Source of the DNA: Opitutia bacterium
GTDB taxonomy: Bacteria > Verrucomicrobiota > Verrucomicrobiia > Opitutales > Opitutaceae
DNA: 64,000 nt
Reading direction: 5' to 3'
Assembly (NCBI GenBank): GCA_947472765.1
Contig: CANJCM010000003.1
Span: forward strand, 29,612-93,611
The notes under the pieces are model-generated. The model did no database searches, was not told the origin of the DNA, and saw nothing but the letters and a program-made list of their open reading frames with translations. The position numbers and the translations under genes were made by a program. Shown here piece after piece: positions 8,380 through 16,590 of the stretch (positions within the stretch are counted from its first letter, which is position 1; the number at the start of each line of letters is the position of its first letter).

Positions 8380-11300
8380 GAAGTCGGCAGATTGTCCAAA
8401 AAGGTACAGATTTCTCGCAACCGTAGGAGGGGCTTGGGGCTGGTCAACCTTGGAAACCGGGTGCCGAGCTGCACCCAGTCGTCCCGGCGGCCGGAGTTCC
8501 GCAGGCACTTCAAACGATTGGACTCGGTCTCGACTGAAACGATCCCTTTTTGTTCCGCCCGGATTCGGACTTCCGTGATCGCGAACAGCGCCCGGACATC
8601 GTCGCCGAACTTCCCGAACCGATCGCGCAACTCAGCCTCGATCTGCTTCAACGTGGTCAGGCTGTCGGCCATCGCCAGCTTGCGGTAGAAATCGATCCGC
8701 AGCCGTGTCTCCGAAAGGTAACTCGGCGGGATCCGGGCCTGGATTTTCCGGACTTCCACGACTTCCTCGTCCTCGGCGTCCTTCAACGCCGTGTAGCCGT
8801 CGACATGGCGGCCGGTTCGTCCCGGGGTCTCCATCGCGGTACCTTTGGATTTATCGGGCAGCGCCGGGCCGGCCTCGCCCACGATAACGAAATCGAGCTT
8901 CACGCTGGCGCGGATCGCGGCGGCGGTCTTCTCGCCCTTCAGCCGGGCGACCGACTGGCGGAGGAGCTGGCAGTAGAGTTCAAAGCCGACGCCGACGATG
9001 TGACCGCTCTGCTCGGCGCCCAGGAGATTGCCGGCGCCGCGGAGTTCGAGGTCGCGCATCGCGATCCGGAAGCCCGCACCGAGCTGGTTGTGCTGTCGCA
9101 TCGCTGTCAGCCGCTGACGGGCGATCTCGAGCAGTCGCGTGTGCCGGTGGAGCAGGAGGTAGGCGTAGGCTTGGTGCTTGAACCGGCCGACCCGGCCGCG
9201 GAGCTGGTAAAGTTGGGACAACCCAAAGCGGTCGGCTCCCTCGATGATGATCGTGTTGCAGTTCGGAATATCGAGGCCGCTCTCGATGATCGTGGTGCAG
9301 ACGAGCATTTGATAACGCTTCGCCACGAAGTCCGTCATGATGTGCTCGAGGTCGGCCGGCTCCATCTGACCGTGGCCGACGCCGATCGTGAGGCCGGGCA
9401 GAAGTTCGCGCAGCCGGGCCGCGACGAGCTCAATCGTCTGAACGCGATTGTGCAGGTAGAAGACCTGTCCGCCGCGGCGGATTTCATGGTGCACCGCGTC
9501 CACGACGATCTTCTCGTCGTAGGTCTTGACGATCGTCTGGATCGGATGGCGGTTGCCCGGGGCCGTCTCGATCACGCTGAGATCGCGGGCACCGGTCAGC
9601 GCCATGTAGAGCGTGCGCGGAATCGGCGTTGCGCTCATCGAGAGCACGTCGACCGTCGCGCGCATCCGCTTGAACACTTCCTTGTGCTTCACGCCGAAGC
9701 GCTGCTCTTCGTCGATGACGACGAGCCCGAGTTCCTTGAACTGGACGTCGGCCTGGATGAGCCGGTGCGTGCCGATCAGGATGTCCACCTGGCCTTCCTT
9801 CGTGGCTTGCAGGATTTTGTTCTGTTCGGCCCGCGAGCGAAACCGGCTGACCATCTCGATCGCCACCGGGTAGCCCGCCATCCGCTCGCGAAACGTGTTG
9901 AGATGCTGCTGCGCCAGCACGGTCGTCGGCACAAGCAGCGCGACCTGCCGGCCGCCTTGCACGGCTTTAAAGGCGGCGCGGATGGCGACCTCGGTCTTGC
10001 CGAAACCGACATCGCCACACACCAGCCGATCCATTGGACGGGTCTTCTCCATGTCCTGCTTTGCCTCGCTGATGGCCCGGAGCTGATCGCGCGTTTCCGT
10101 GAACGGGAACGACGCCTCGAATTCCTTCTGCCAGGTGTTGTCCTCGGCGAACGCGTGGCCCGGCTGCGCCTCGCGGGCCGCGTGGATGCGGAGGAGTTCC
10201 GCCGCGAGATCGATCGTCGCCCGCTCGGCGGCCTGGCGCGCCTTTTCCCAGCGCTGAGTGCCGATCCGGCCGAGCTGCGGGCGGGACTTGCTGAGTCCGA
10301 CGTAGCGGCTGATCAGATGCGACTCCTGCAACGGCACGTGCAGCGTCACGTGGTCGTCGAACTCGAGCGAGATCACCTCCCGCATGCCCTGCGCGGTGTC
10401 GAGCTTGGTCAGCCCGCGGTAAAGCGCGATGCCGTGCTGCAAGTGCACCACGAAGTCGCCTTCCACCAGTTCGGAGAAATCGAGCAGTTGATCGATCTGC
10501 GCGCGTTGGGCCACGGCGCGGACATTCAACTGCGGACGCCGCTGGCGCTGGCGCCCGAAGATTTCGGTCTCGGTGACGAACACCTGACCGAGGTGGCACG
10601 GGTCTCCCGACCCGTGGATGGCCTTTGACCGACCGATCTTCACGGGTCGGGAGACCCGTGCCACGGGGGAGGGCGGACGATCGGCGGCGGTCGCGGCGGC
10701 GGTCAGCGCGGCCTGTGCGGAGTAGGTGATTCGAAAGCCCTCGTTGAGGGTGCCGCGGACCCACTTCGGCTGAATGCCCTTCAACACCGGATCCTCATCG
10801 AGAATTTCGCGGGTGCGCTGTTCTTCTCCGGCTTTCGAAACGACGAAGGCGATGTCGAACCCGGCTTTCCTCCAGCCAGCGACTTGGTGGAGGAATTCGC
10901 GGCGCGCGTCTTCCTCGACCTGCAGCCGTTCCTGCGCGACCAGGGCGTCGTCGGGATAACGGCGGTGGTGCACGAGGCTCTCGGTGTTCCACGTGACGTC
11001 ATCCTCGCAGCCGTCAAACAGCGCGGTCGCTTCGTCGAGGTCGCTGATCCCGTACGCCTCACCGCAGCGTTCGAGCAACGGAGTGAGTCCATCCGTTCCC
11101 TCCCGGGCAAAACCGCTGAACTCCTCCTCGAGCGCCGCCGGCTCGATGAACACGAGCCGGGCGGTTGGCGCGAGGTAGTCGGCGAGCCCCGTGCGCGAGG
11201 GATCGAGTTTCACCCGCGGTGAAGCGGCGAGGCTGATGCTCTCGACACTCGCGCCTGAGCGCTGGCTCACGGGATCGAATTCGCGAATCGCCTCAATCTC

Positions 11301-11879
11301 GTCGCCGAAGAAATCGAGCCGGTAGGGCGTGTTCGCCGTCACCGGGTAGATATCGATGATGCCGCCGCGAATCGCGTACTGGCTCGGCGCCTCACACACG
11401 GCCTCGGCGTCGTAGTCGAGCCGGTGGAGTTGTTCGAGCAAGCCCTGGAACGGCTGCGTCTGTCCGCGGGCCAGCGTGAGTTCCCTCGTGGCGAACTCCT
11501 CGAGCGCCGGCACGGCCTGCAACAGCGCCGCCGGCGTCGTGACCACCACCAGCGTGTCGGGTGTGGCACTGAGCCCGCGAATCGCCCGCAGCCGCGAGAG
11601 CACGGTGAGCCGATCGCTCGAGGCGGCGAAGGCCTCGCGCATGTCCCGGCTGTCCGGCATCGACTCGGGAAACACCAGCGTGCGCATCGGCCGGGCATCG
11701 CTTGCGGCCGAGTGGAAAAGCGCGATGTCCTCGGCAAGATGTTCGGCCGCGTTGAGGTCCTCGGCGACGACGAGCCAGACCGGGGCCGGCTGCGCGCGAC
11801 AAAGTTCGGCGACCACCGCGCCACGAGCGGGCGGGCAGACCCCGGTCAGCTTGTGGCGCCGAGCGGTCGGAACGGGCAT
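8376..11879 (-). CDS. mfd: Transcription-repair coupling factor Mfd
   Basis: VCGDVGFGKTEVAIRAAF (Walker A), VIDEEQRFGV (DExx), SATPIPRTL, QLRGRVGR, TRG motif region, C-terminal D7. N-terminal homology favours ATG 11879 over ORF-track 11960. Confidence 0.95.
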   Translation of the reverse strand: MPVPTARRHKLTGVCPPARGAVVAELCRAQPAPVWLVVAEDLNAAEHLAEDIALFHSAASDARPMRTLVFPESMPDSRDMREAFAASSDRLTVLSRLRAIRGLSATPDTLVVVTTPAALLQAVPALEEFATRELTLARGQTQPFQGLLEQLHRLDYDAEAVCEAPSQYAIRGGIIDIYPVTANTPYRLDFFGDEIEAIREFDPVSQRSGASVESISLAASPRVKLDPSRTGLADYLAPTARLVFIEPAALEEEFSGFAREGTDGLTPLLERCGEAYGISDLDEATALFDGCEDDVTWNTESLVHHRRYPDDALVAQERLQVEEDARREFLHQVAGWRKAGFDIAFVVSKAGEEQRTREILDEDPVLKGIQPKWVRGTLNEGFRITYSAQAALTAAATAADRPPSPVARVSRPVKIGRSKAIHGSGDPCHLGQVFVTETEIFGRQRQRRPQLNVRAVAQRAQIDQLLDFSELVEGDFVVHLQHGIALYRGLTKLDTAQGMREVISLEFDDHVTLHVPLQESHLISRYVGLSKSRPQLGRIGTQRWEKARQAAERATIDLAAELLRIHAAREAQPGHAFAEDNTWQKEFEASFPFTETRDQLRAISEAKQDMEKTRPMDRLVCGDVGFGKTEVAIRAAFKAVQGGRQVALLVPTTVLAQQHLNTFRERMAGYPVAIEMVSRFRSRAEQNKILQATKEGQVDILIGTHRLIQADVQFKELGLVVIDEEQRFGVKHKEVFKRMRATVDVLSMSATPIPRTLYMALTGARDLSVIETAPGNRHPIQTIVKTYDEKIVVDAVHHEIRRGGQVFYLHNRVQTIELVAARLRELLPGLTIGVGHGQMEPADLEHIMTDFVAKRYQMLVCTTIIESGLDIPNCNTIIIEGADRFGLSQLYQLRGRVGRFKHQAYAYLLLHRHTRLLEIARQRLTAMRQHNQLGAGFRIAMRDLELRGAGNLLGAEQSGHIVGVGFELYCQLLRQSVARLKGEKTAAAIRASVKLDFVIVGEAGPALPDKSKGTAMETPGRTGRHVDGYTALKDAEDEEVVEVRKIQARIPPSYLSETRLRIDFYRKLAMADSLTTLKQIEAELRDRFGKFGDDVRALFAITEVRIRAEQKGIVSVETESNRLKCLRNSGRRDDWVQLGTRFPRLTSPKPLLRLREICTFLDNLPTS
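10593..10664. mobile_element. Family A palindromic element, copy 2, in frame inside mfd
   Basis: 72 bp (24 codons), with arms near-identical to the intergenic copies. Translated as VARVSRPVKIGRSKAIHGSGDPCH without breaking the mfd frame. Confidence 0.8.
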
Positions 11880-11969
11880 GAAGGAAAAGGAGAAAGCGAA
11901 TTTGTCCCGAACCGCAAGGCGAGCGACGCGCGGTGCGCGTCGCCTGAGGGAGACAGGCATCAGTCATCC

Positions 11970-12040
11970 TGTCATTCTGAGCGCAGCGAAGAATCCACGC
12001 GCGGCGATCTCTTGGATTCTTCGCTGCGCTCAGAATGACA
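11970..12040. repeat. Family C palindrome (TGTCATTCTGAGCGCAGCGAAGAATCCA inverted pair)
   Basis: Perfect 28-bp inverted repeat (11970-11997 / 12013-12040) with a 15-bp spacer, just upstream of mfd. Degenerate copies at 27973 and 31504. Confidence 0.9.
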
Positions 12041-12063
12041 TCGTCAAGTGGTGGTTGGTCGAC

Positions 12064-12123
12064 GGGCGTGCACGAGGCCCGCCCGTACAAAAGGCATCGT
12101 AGGGGCGGGCCTTGTGCACGCCC
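12064..12123. repeat. REP doublet (GTAGGGGCG subtype)
   Basis: GGGCGTGCACGAGGCCCGCCCGTAC and GTAGGGGCGGGCCTTGTGCACGCCC in inverted orientation, ending 4 nt before the rnc stop. Confidence 0.75.
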
Positions 12124-12127
12124 GACT

Positions 12128-12823
12128 TCAGCCGTTCTGCAAAACGTCCAACGCCACGCGCGCCGCGGCTTCCTCCGCCGCCTTCTTGGACGGGCCGCAG
12201 CCGACCCCGAGGGCGCGATCAAGCAGGTGGACCTCGACCGAGTATTCGCGGGCGTGATCCTCGCCGGTGATTTGAACGACCTCGTAGCGGACGGCGTTGT
12301 TGCCATGCACGGGCTGAACAAGTTCCTGCAACCGGCCCTTCGGGTTGTCGTCCTTTTCCATGGGAGCGAGACGCGCCGACAGATCGCCGTATATGCCTCG
12401 GACGATCTCCCGTGAGCATTCGAAACCACCGTCGAGATAAACCGCACCGACCACGGCCTCGAACGCGTCACCGAGTGAGGAGGCGCGATTGCGGCCACCG
12501 GTCGATTCCTCGCTGGCGCCAAGTCGGAGGCATGAGTCCAGGCCGATTTCGCGGGCGAGCGCCGCTAGGATCGTCCCATTCACAAGGAGGGCCCGTCGCT
12601 TGCTGAGCAGTCCTTCTCGATCGTCGGGGAACAGCCGGTAAAGATCCTCGGCCAGTAGAATCTGTAGTACCGCGTCACCCAGAAATTCCAGCCGCTGGTT
12701 ACTTTCCCCGGCGTCGGGGTGATCCGGTAGATAGGAGAGGTGGGTGACGGCGCGTTCGAGCAGGTGACGGTCCCGAAAGACGTGACCGAGGCGGGTCTGG
12801 AACTGGTCAAGCAGATCGCTCAT
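12128..12823 (-). CDS. rnc: Ribonuclease III
   Basis: NQRLEFLGDAVL signature, SLGDAFEAVVGAVYLDGG, C-terminal dsRBD (GPSKKAAEEAAA). ATG 12823 overlaps the upstream permease stop (ATGA). ORF-track 12128..13525 is a frame fusion. Confidence 0.95.
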   Translation of the reverse strand: MSDLLDQFQTRLGHVFRDRHLLERAVTHLSYLPDHPDAGESNQRLEFLGDAVLQILLAEDLYRLFPDDREGLLSKRRALLVNGTILAALAREIGLDSCLRLGASEESTGGRNRASSLGDAFEAVVGAVYLDGGFECSREIVRGIYGDLSARLAPMEKDDNPKGRLQELVQPVHGNNAVRYEVVQITGEDHAREYSVEVHLLDRALGVGCGPSKKAAEEAAARVALDVLQNG

Positions 12824-13605
12824 GACGACGCGCTGGCGTAGCGGCGCAGCCCGCGGTTGAACACCCAGACCGTGAAGGCGAACCAGGCACTCGCGAGGAC
12901 GAAGAGCCAGACCGCCCAGCGCCATTCGAAGCCGTGGAGCAGCGTGCGGGCGGGAGTGTTGCTCACGACGACCACCGGCAGCACCCAGACAAAGAGCGTG
13001 TTGGTGATCCCTTTGAACGCTTCCCGCGGCAGCCGCGAAAACTCCGTGAGGGTGAAATAGCCGCCTTCGACACCCTGCGCGCTCGTGAGCCAGAACACCA
13101 GCGAGGTGGAGAGCACGAGAATGCTGTAGTGGATCGCGAGCCCGCAAATGAGCATGAACAGGTAGAGCGCGACATCGAGGACACCGGGATGGAGCCCGAG
13201 CTGGCGCACCGCGTAAATCACCACGCCCCCCGCCACGAACGAGTTGATCAACCCATCGGGATCGAGCTTTCGGGTCGTGGCCATGAACATGACGTTCCCG
13301 GGCTGGGCGAGGAAGAAGTCGAAGTTCCCGGTCCGCACATTCCGGCCCATCTCGAAGATGCTGCTCCAGAAGAAGCCCATCAGGAGTCGCTGCACGATCA
13401 TCGAAGTGCCCACGAGCAGGACCATCTCGTACTTGCTCCAGCCCGCGATCGACTCCGTGTGCTGGTAGATGACGGAGACGAGCAGCAGGTTCACCGTCAT
13501 CCAGAACAGCTCGACCAGCGACCACACGAAGAAGTCACCCCGGAACATCAGCGTCCGGATGATCGAGTAGCGGGCGGTCGCGAGCCAGATGCGCACGTAA
13601 CTCAT
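12820..13605 (-). CDS. ABC-2 family transporter permease (DUF990/ABC2_membrane_6-like)
   Basis: Six predicted hydrophobic segments and a family-typical N-terminus MSYVRIWLATARYSIIRTLMFRGDFFVW. Start moved to ATG 13605. Confidence 0.75.
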   Translation of the reverse strand: MSYVRIWLATARYSIIRTLMFRGDFFVWSLVELFWMTVNLLLVSVIYQHTESIAGWSKYEMVLLVGTSMIVQRLLMGFFWSSIFEMGRNVRTGNFDFFLAQPGNVMFMATTRKLDPDGLINSFVAGGVVIYAVRQLGLHPGVLDVALYLFMLICGLAIHYSILVLSTSLVFWLTSAQGVEGGYFTLTEFSRLPREAFKGITNTLFVWVLPVVVVSNTPARTLLHGFEWRWAVWLFVLASAWFAFTVWVFNRGLRRYASASS

Positions 13606-13637
13606 TTTGGATTTTGGATTCTCGATTTTGGATTTTA
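13603..13637. repeat. Family E word repeat (GATTTTGGATTCTCGATTTTGG orientation), copy E1
   Basis: ATTTTGGATTTTGGATTCTCGATTTTGGATTTT abuts the permease start codon. It is the inverted partner of E2 at 13798-13832. Confidence 0.8.
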
Positions 13638-13683
13638 GCGGAGCCAACCCATTCAATCACGCGATCACCTGGCGGGCGCGCAC

Positions 13684-13742
13684 GAGGCGCGCCCCTACGA
13701 AATCCGTGTAGGGGCGTGGCTCGTCCACGCCCGGATGGTAAC
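13684..13742. repeat. REP doublet (GTAGGGGCG subtype)
   Basis: GGGCGCGCACGAGGCGCGCCCCTAC (identical to the 5003 unit) plus GTAGGGGCGTGGCTCGTCCACGCCC, 9 nt apart. Confidence 0.85.
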
Positions 13743-13797
13743 GCTGTCGCGCCAAAACGTCGAACGGGCAAAATGAGATGGAAAGCGGCATCGCCTC

Positions 13798-13832
13798 AGA
13801 AATCGAAAATCGAGAATCCAAAATCGAAAATC
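13798..13832. repeat. Family E word repeat (AAAATCGAGAATCCAAAATC orientation), copy E2
   Basis: GAAATCGAAAATCGAGAATCCAAAATCGAAAATC ends 3 nt from the stop codon (TCA at 13836-13838) of the minus-strand permease gene. Confidence 0.85.
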
Positions 13833-13835
13833 CCC

Positions 13836-14648
13836 TCAGCCTCCCACGGCCGTGTGCCGGCGCAGGCCGCGGACCCAGAGCAGATGTCCGAGTCCCAGCA
13901 GCAGGACCACCCAGAAGAGTTCAATCGCCAGGCCGCGGGAAATGTCGGCGACATCGTTGAGCCGGCCGGTGATAATCGCGCCCGGGAAATACATCTGGTA
14001 GTAGAACGGCAGGTATTGCGCCGCTTCGAACACCCGCGGTGGCAGCAAATCGAGTGGGAAGACCTGGCCGCCGAGCACTGTTTCGATCGCGAGCGACAGG
14101 ATGACGAAGCCCTGAATCTCGAGAAACCAGAACGTCAGCATGCCGAAACAGTAGGCGATGCTGAATTGAATCAGGGCCGACAGGAGCAGCGCTGGCACCG
14201 CGAGACCGAAGCGCCACCACTCGATCGGGAAAGTCATGTAGTCCTTGAGAATCGGCATCGCGATCAACAGCGGGATGAACACGAGGGCGCCCGAGACGAG
14301 CCGCGCGGCGACGAAGATGCTGAACCGATAGAGGAAGTAGTTAATCGGCTTGAGCAGGAACTGGTTGATCAACCCGTTCCGGATTTCCTCGCTGATCTGG
14401 TAGTCCTCGTTGAACGCGCTGATGAAGAACTGGAGCACGAGCAGCGTGATGAAGTACGTCAGCGTCTGCCGCAGATCGAAGCCGCCGATCTTTCCCGCGC
14501 CGGCGAACGCCGCGCCCCAGAGGATGAACACGACCGCGAGGTGGAACAGCGAGAAGAAGCCCCGGACCGCGAAGTTCCACCGGTAAACCAGGTTGCTCTG
14601 CAGCCCGATCAGGAAGGCGTGGCGGTATTTGTTGAGCGCGGCGAGCAC
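13836..14648 (-). CDS. ABC-2 family transporter permease (DUF990-like), second subunit
   Basis: Multi-pass membrane protein with family-typical N-terminus NKYRHAFLIGLQSNLVYRWNF. Paired with the 12820-13605 permease. Confidence 0.75.
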   Translation of the reverse strand: MLAALNKYRHAFLIGLQSNLVYRWNFAVRGFFSLFHLAVVFILWGAAFAGAGKIGGFDLRQTLTYFITLLVLQFFISAFNEDYQISEEIRNGLINQFLLKPINYFLYRFSIFVAARLVSGALVFIPLLIAMPILKDYMTFPIEWWRFGLAVPALLLSALIQFSIAYCFGMLTFWFLEIQGFVILSLAIETVLGGQVFPLDLLPPRVFEAAQYLPFYYQMYFPGAIITGRLNDVADISRGLAIELFWVVLLLGLGHLLWVRGLRRHTAVGG

Positions 14649-14650
14649 GG

Positions 14651-14684
14651 GAGAAGTTGAGAGTTGAGGGATGAGAGTTGAGAG
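14651..14684. repeat. Family I word repeat (reverse complement of CTCTCAACTCTCATCCCTCAACTCTCAACT)
   Basis: 30 nt identical, in reverse complement, to 31370-31399. Lies between the parA-like stop and the permease start. Confidence 0.85.
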
Positions 14685-14709
14685 CCCGCCTGGACTTCCT
14701 CAACGCATC

Positions 14710-15495
14710 TCACTTTGCAGCCAGCCCGAAGCGCTCGATCATTTCCACGGTCAGGGCCCGGTACGCCGTGGCGCCGACGCCGTTCGGGTCGTAGGCGAAA
14801 ATCGGTTTGCCGAAGCTGGGCGCCTCGCCGAGGCGGATGGTGCGCGGGATGACGCTCTTGAAGATCTTGTCGGGCAGGTGCTGACGGACCTCGTCGACGA
14901 CCTGTTTGGCGAGGTTGGTGCGCGAATCGAACATCGTCATCACGATGCCTCCGACCTGAAGGGCATCGTTGATGTGGGCGGTCTTGAGTCGCTCCACGTT
15001 CCGCAGGATCTGCCCGAGCCCCTCGAGCGCCATGTATTCGCATTGGAGTGCGATCAGGAGGTAATCGGCGGCGGCAAGACTGTTCATCGACAGCAGGCCG
15101 AGCGCGGGCGGACAGTCGATGATGATGACGCGGTAGCCGTTGGAATTCCGCACCGGGTCGAGCACGGTCTTTAGGCGCGCCAGGTAATTCTCCGACTGGG
15201 CGAGCTCGATTTCGGCGGCGGCGAGATCCTCTTCACTCGGCACGAGCGCGAGATGCTCGTAGGCCGTCGGCGTGATCATCTCGAAGAGCGAACCCTCACC
15301 CCGCAAAGGGCCGTAAATGCTTTTGCCGGCCTGCTTTTCCACGCCCACAGCGCTGGTGGCACTGGCCTGGGGATCGAGGTCGATCAGCAGCGTGTGGATC
15401 TTCTTCTCGGCGAGGGCCGCCGCGACGTTGACGGCGGTGGTGGTCTTGCCGACGCCGCCTTTTTGATTGGCGATGGTGAAAACGGTACAGGGCAC
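14710..15495 (-). CDS. parA: ParA/Soj-family partition ATPase
   Basis: IANQKGGVGKTTTAVNVAAALA deviant Walker A, LLIDLDPQ, IIIDCPP. Probable GTG start at 15495 (VPCTVFTIANQKGG). The ORF-track extension to 15684 has no homology. Confidence 0.85.
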   Translation of the reverse strand: MPCTVFTIANQKGGVGKTTTAVNVAAALAEKKIHTLLIDLDPQASATSAVGVEKQAGKSIYGPLRGEGSLFEMITPTAYEHLALVPSEEDLAAAEIELAQSENYLARLKTVLDPVRNSNGYRVIIIDCPPALGLLSMNSLAAADYLLIALQCEYMALEGLGQILRNVERLKTAHINDALQVGGIVMTMFDSRTNLAKQVVDEVRQHLPDKIFKSVIPRTIRLGEAPSFGKPIFAYDPNGVGATAYRALTVEMIERFGLAAK

Positions 15496-15723
15496 GAGCG
15501 GATTAACCGGTGCGCCGCCGCGCGAGTCTAGCGTGAAGTGAATCCCCCGCCCGTCGGCTGGGACGCTTCCGTCATCTCTTTCCTGATTATGGCTGAATTG
15601 ACCGCGGACCCGGCATTGGCGTCTAGCGCGATCTCGGCGGTCCGGAGTCCCTGTCCCAAAAATGGCCGGCGGCACTCTGAGCATTCGCTGCCGAAGACCG
15701 AAACAAGCACTGGTTCCGAACCT

Positions 15724-16011
15724 TCACAGCGCGATTGCGACGGCCTCGAGGGCAGCGGAGAAATTGGGCAATTTCTTGCGTCGGGCGTAGGCTTGGAAAC
15801 GGCGCACGGCGTCAGGCGACAACTTGACGGTTTTGCGCAATTTTCCCTCCGGTTTGCGCCCTGCGCCCGGTCGCGCGCCGCCGTGGGTGAGAGTGGCCCG
15901 GGCACCGTCGAAGTAGTTGAGCACGTCCTTGCCCGCGCCGAAGCGGGCCTCAAGGTTGCGGGGCGTCGTCCCTGTCTTGGCGGAAGAATTTTTCGAAGAG
16001 GGCTTTTTCAT
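15724..16011 (-). CDS. Small CopG/BrnA-like antitoxin-like protein (orphan)
   Basis: 95 aa. NLEARFGAGKDVLNYFDGARAT followed by a basic region and a RHH-like tail (KLSPDAVRRFQAYARRKKLPNFSAALEAV). No cognate toxin ORF next to it. Confidence 0.45.
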   Translation of the reverse strand: MKKPSSKNSSAKTGTTPRNLEARFGAGKDVLNYFDGARATLTHGGARPGAGRKPEGKLRKTVKLSPDAVRRFQAYARRKKLPNFSAALEAVAIAL

Positions 16012-16236
16012 TTGGCAGAATCCCAGTCGAAACTAACCTTTGAAAAGGTACTCACGTTATCAAGGTCGGCAAGCAATTTGGCTGAATCCAGCCGGCCGGC
16101 GCCCAAGCCCGCGCGCAACGGCGTCCGGGCTCCAAATTAGGGGGAAGTGAAACCACCTCCCCACGCCGCCACCCACCGGGCCAGGCCATGGGTTTGGAGC
16201 TGGGCCATGCCCCACACCAGCCCGGAGACCGGTCCT

Positions 16237-16590
16237 CTAAGCCCTCTCGATCGCGTCGGCGACAAACTGATTCAGGCTCTCGTTGCGCGAGCCCGCCTTG
16301 AGCGCAGCTTTCTGGTGCAATTCAGGCGAGACGCGCACGACGAACTTGCCGCTATACCTCTTGCCGCGCGCCGGTGGCGGCAAGGGCCGGCCCTCGCGCA
16401 GGAAAATCTCCACCCACTCCTCGACAATGCGGGTGAGCTGTTCGAGCACCCTTGCTTCGGTCGGGCCGTGACAGGCCCGGCCAATGACGGGAGGGGCGCT
16501 GCCAATGTAACAGTTATCCTCGTCGCTCCATTCAATGACTTTCAAATACCGCCGGGCGGCCGCCTGAATTTCCTTCCTTGTGGGTTTCAT
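16237..16590 (-). CDS. hicB: HicB-family antitoxin
   Basis: N-terminal HicB fold (YLKVIEWSDEDNCYIGSAPPVIGRACHGPTEARVLEQ) and C-terminal RHH-like tail (YSGKFVVRVSPELHQKAALKA...SLNQFVADAI). Start overlaps the hicA stop (ATGA). Confidence 0.85.
   Translation of the reverse strand: MKPTRKEIQAAARRYLKVIEWSDEDNCYIGSAPPVIGRACHGPTEARVLEQLTRIVEEWVEIFLREGRPLPPPARGKRYSGKFVVRVSPELHQKAALKAGSRNESLNQFVADAIERA

Noticed and set aside
8550-10628. Very long ORFs antisense to clearly homologous genes. Examples: 8550-10628 (+) opposite mfd, 1655-2584 (-) opposite gap, 2871-4004 (-) opposite pgk, 18660-19745 and 37713-39770 (-) opposite the DUF1592 genes, 33668-35620 (+), 40116-41534 (-), 46943-48877 and 49135-51372 (+), 54256-55506 (-), 59136-60359 (+), 61193-62986 (+).
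   Set aside because: Their translations are Arg/Ala/Gly/Pro-rich low-complexity with no recognisable motifs. Each overlaps a gene with strong family signatures on the other strand. Long stop-free antisense frames are expected in GC-rich DNA.
11880-11960. Upstream ATG at 11960 as the mfd start.
   Set aside because: Homology to Mfd N-termini begins at the second Met (ATG 11879). The extension (MPVSLRRRAPRVARLAVRDKFAFSFSF) has no counterpart and begins immediately next to the family C palindrome.
12128-13525. 465-aa ORF-track entry extending rnc upstream.
   Set aside because: The upstream 234 codons overlap the ABC-2 permease gene in another frame. RNase III homology begins exactly at MSDLLDQ (ATG 12823), which forms an ATGA overlap with the permease stop.
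13603-13835. CRISPR-like array, considered because of the short AAAATCGA/AAAATCCA word repeats here and at 31592, 42539 and 47296.
   Set aside because: The repeat units are only 8-10 nt, contiguous and without unique spacers. There are no cas genes in the window.
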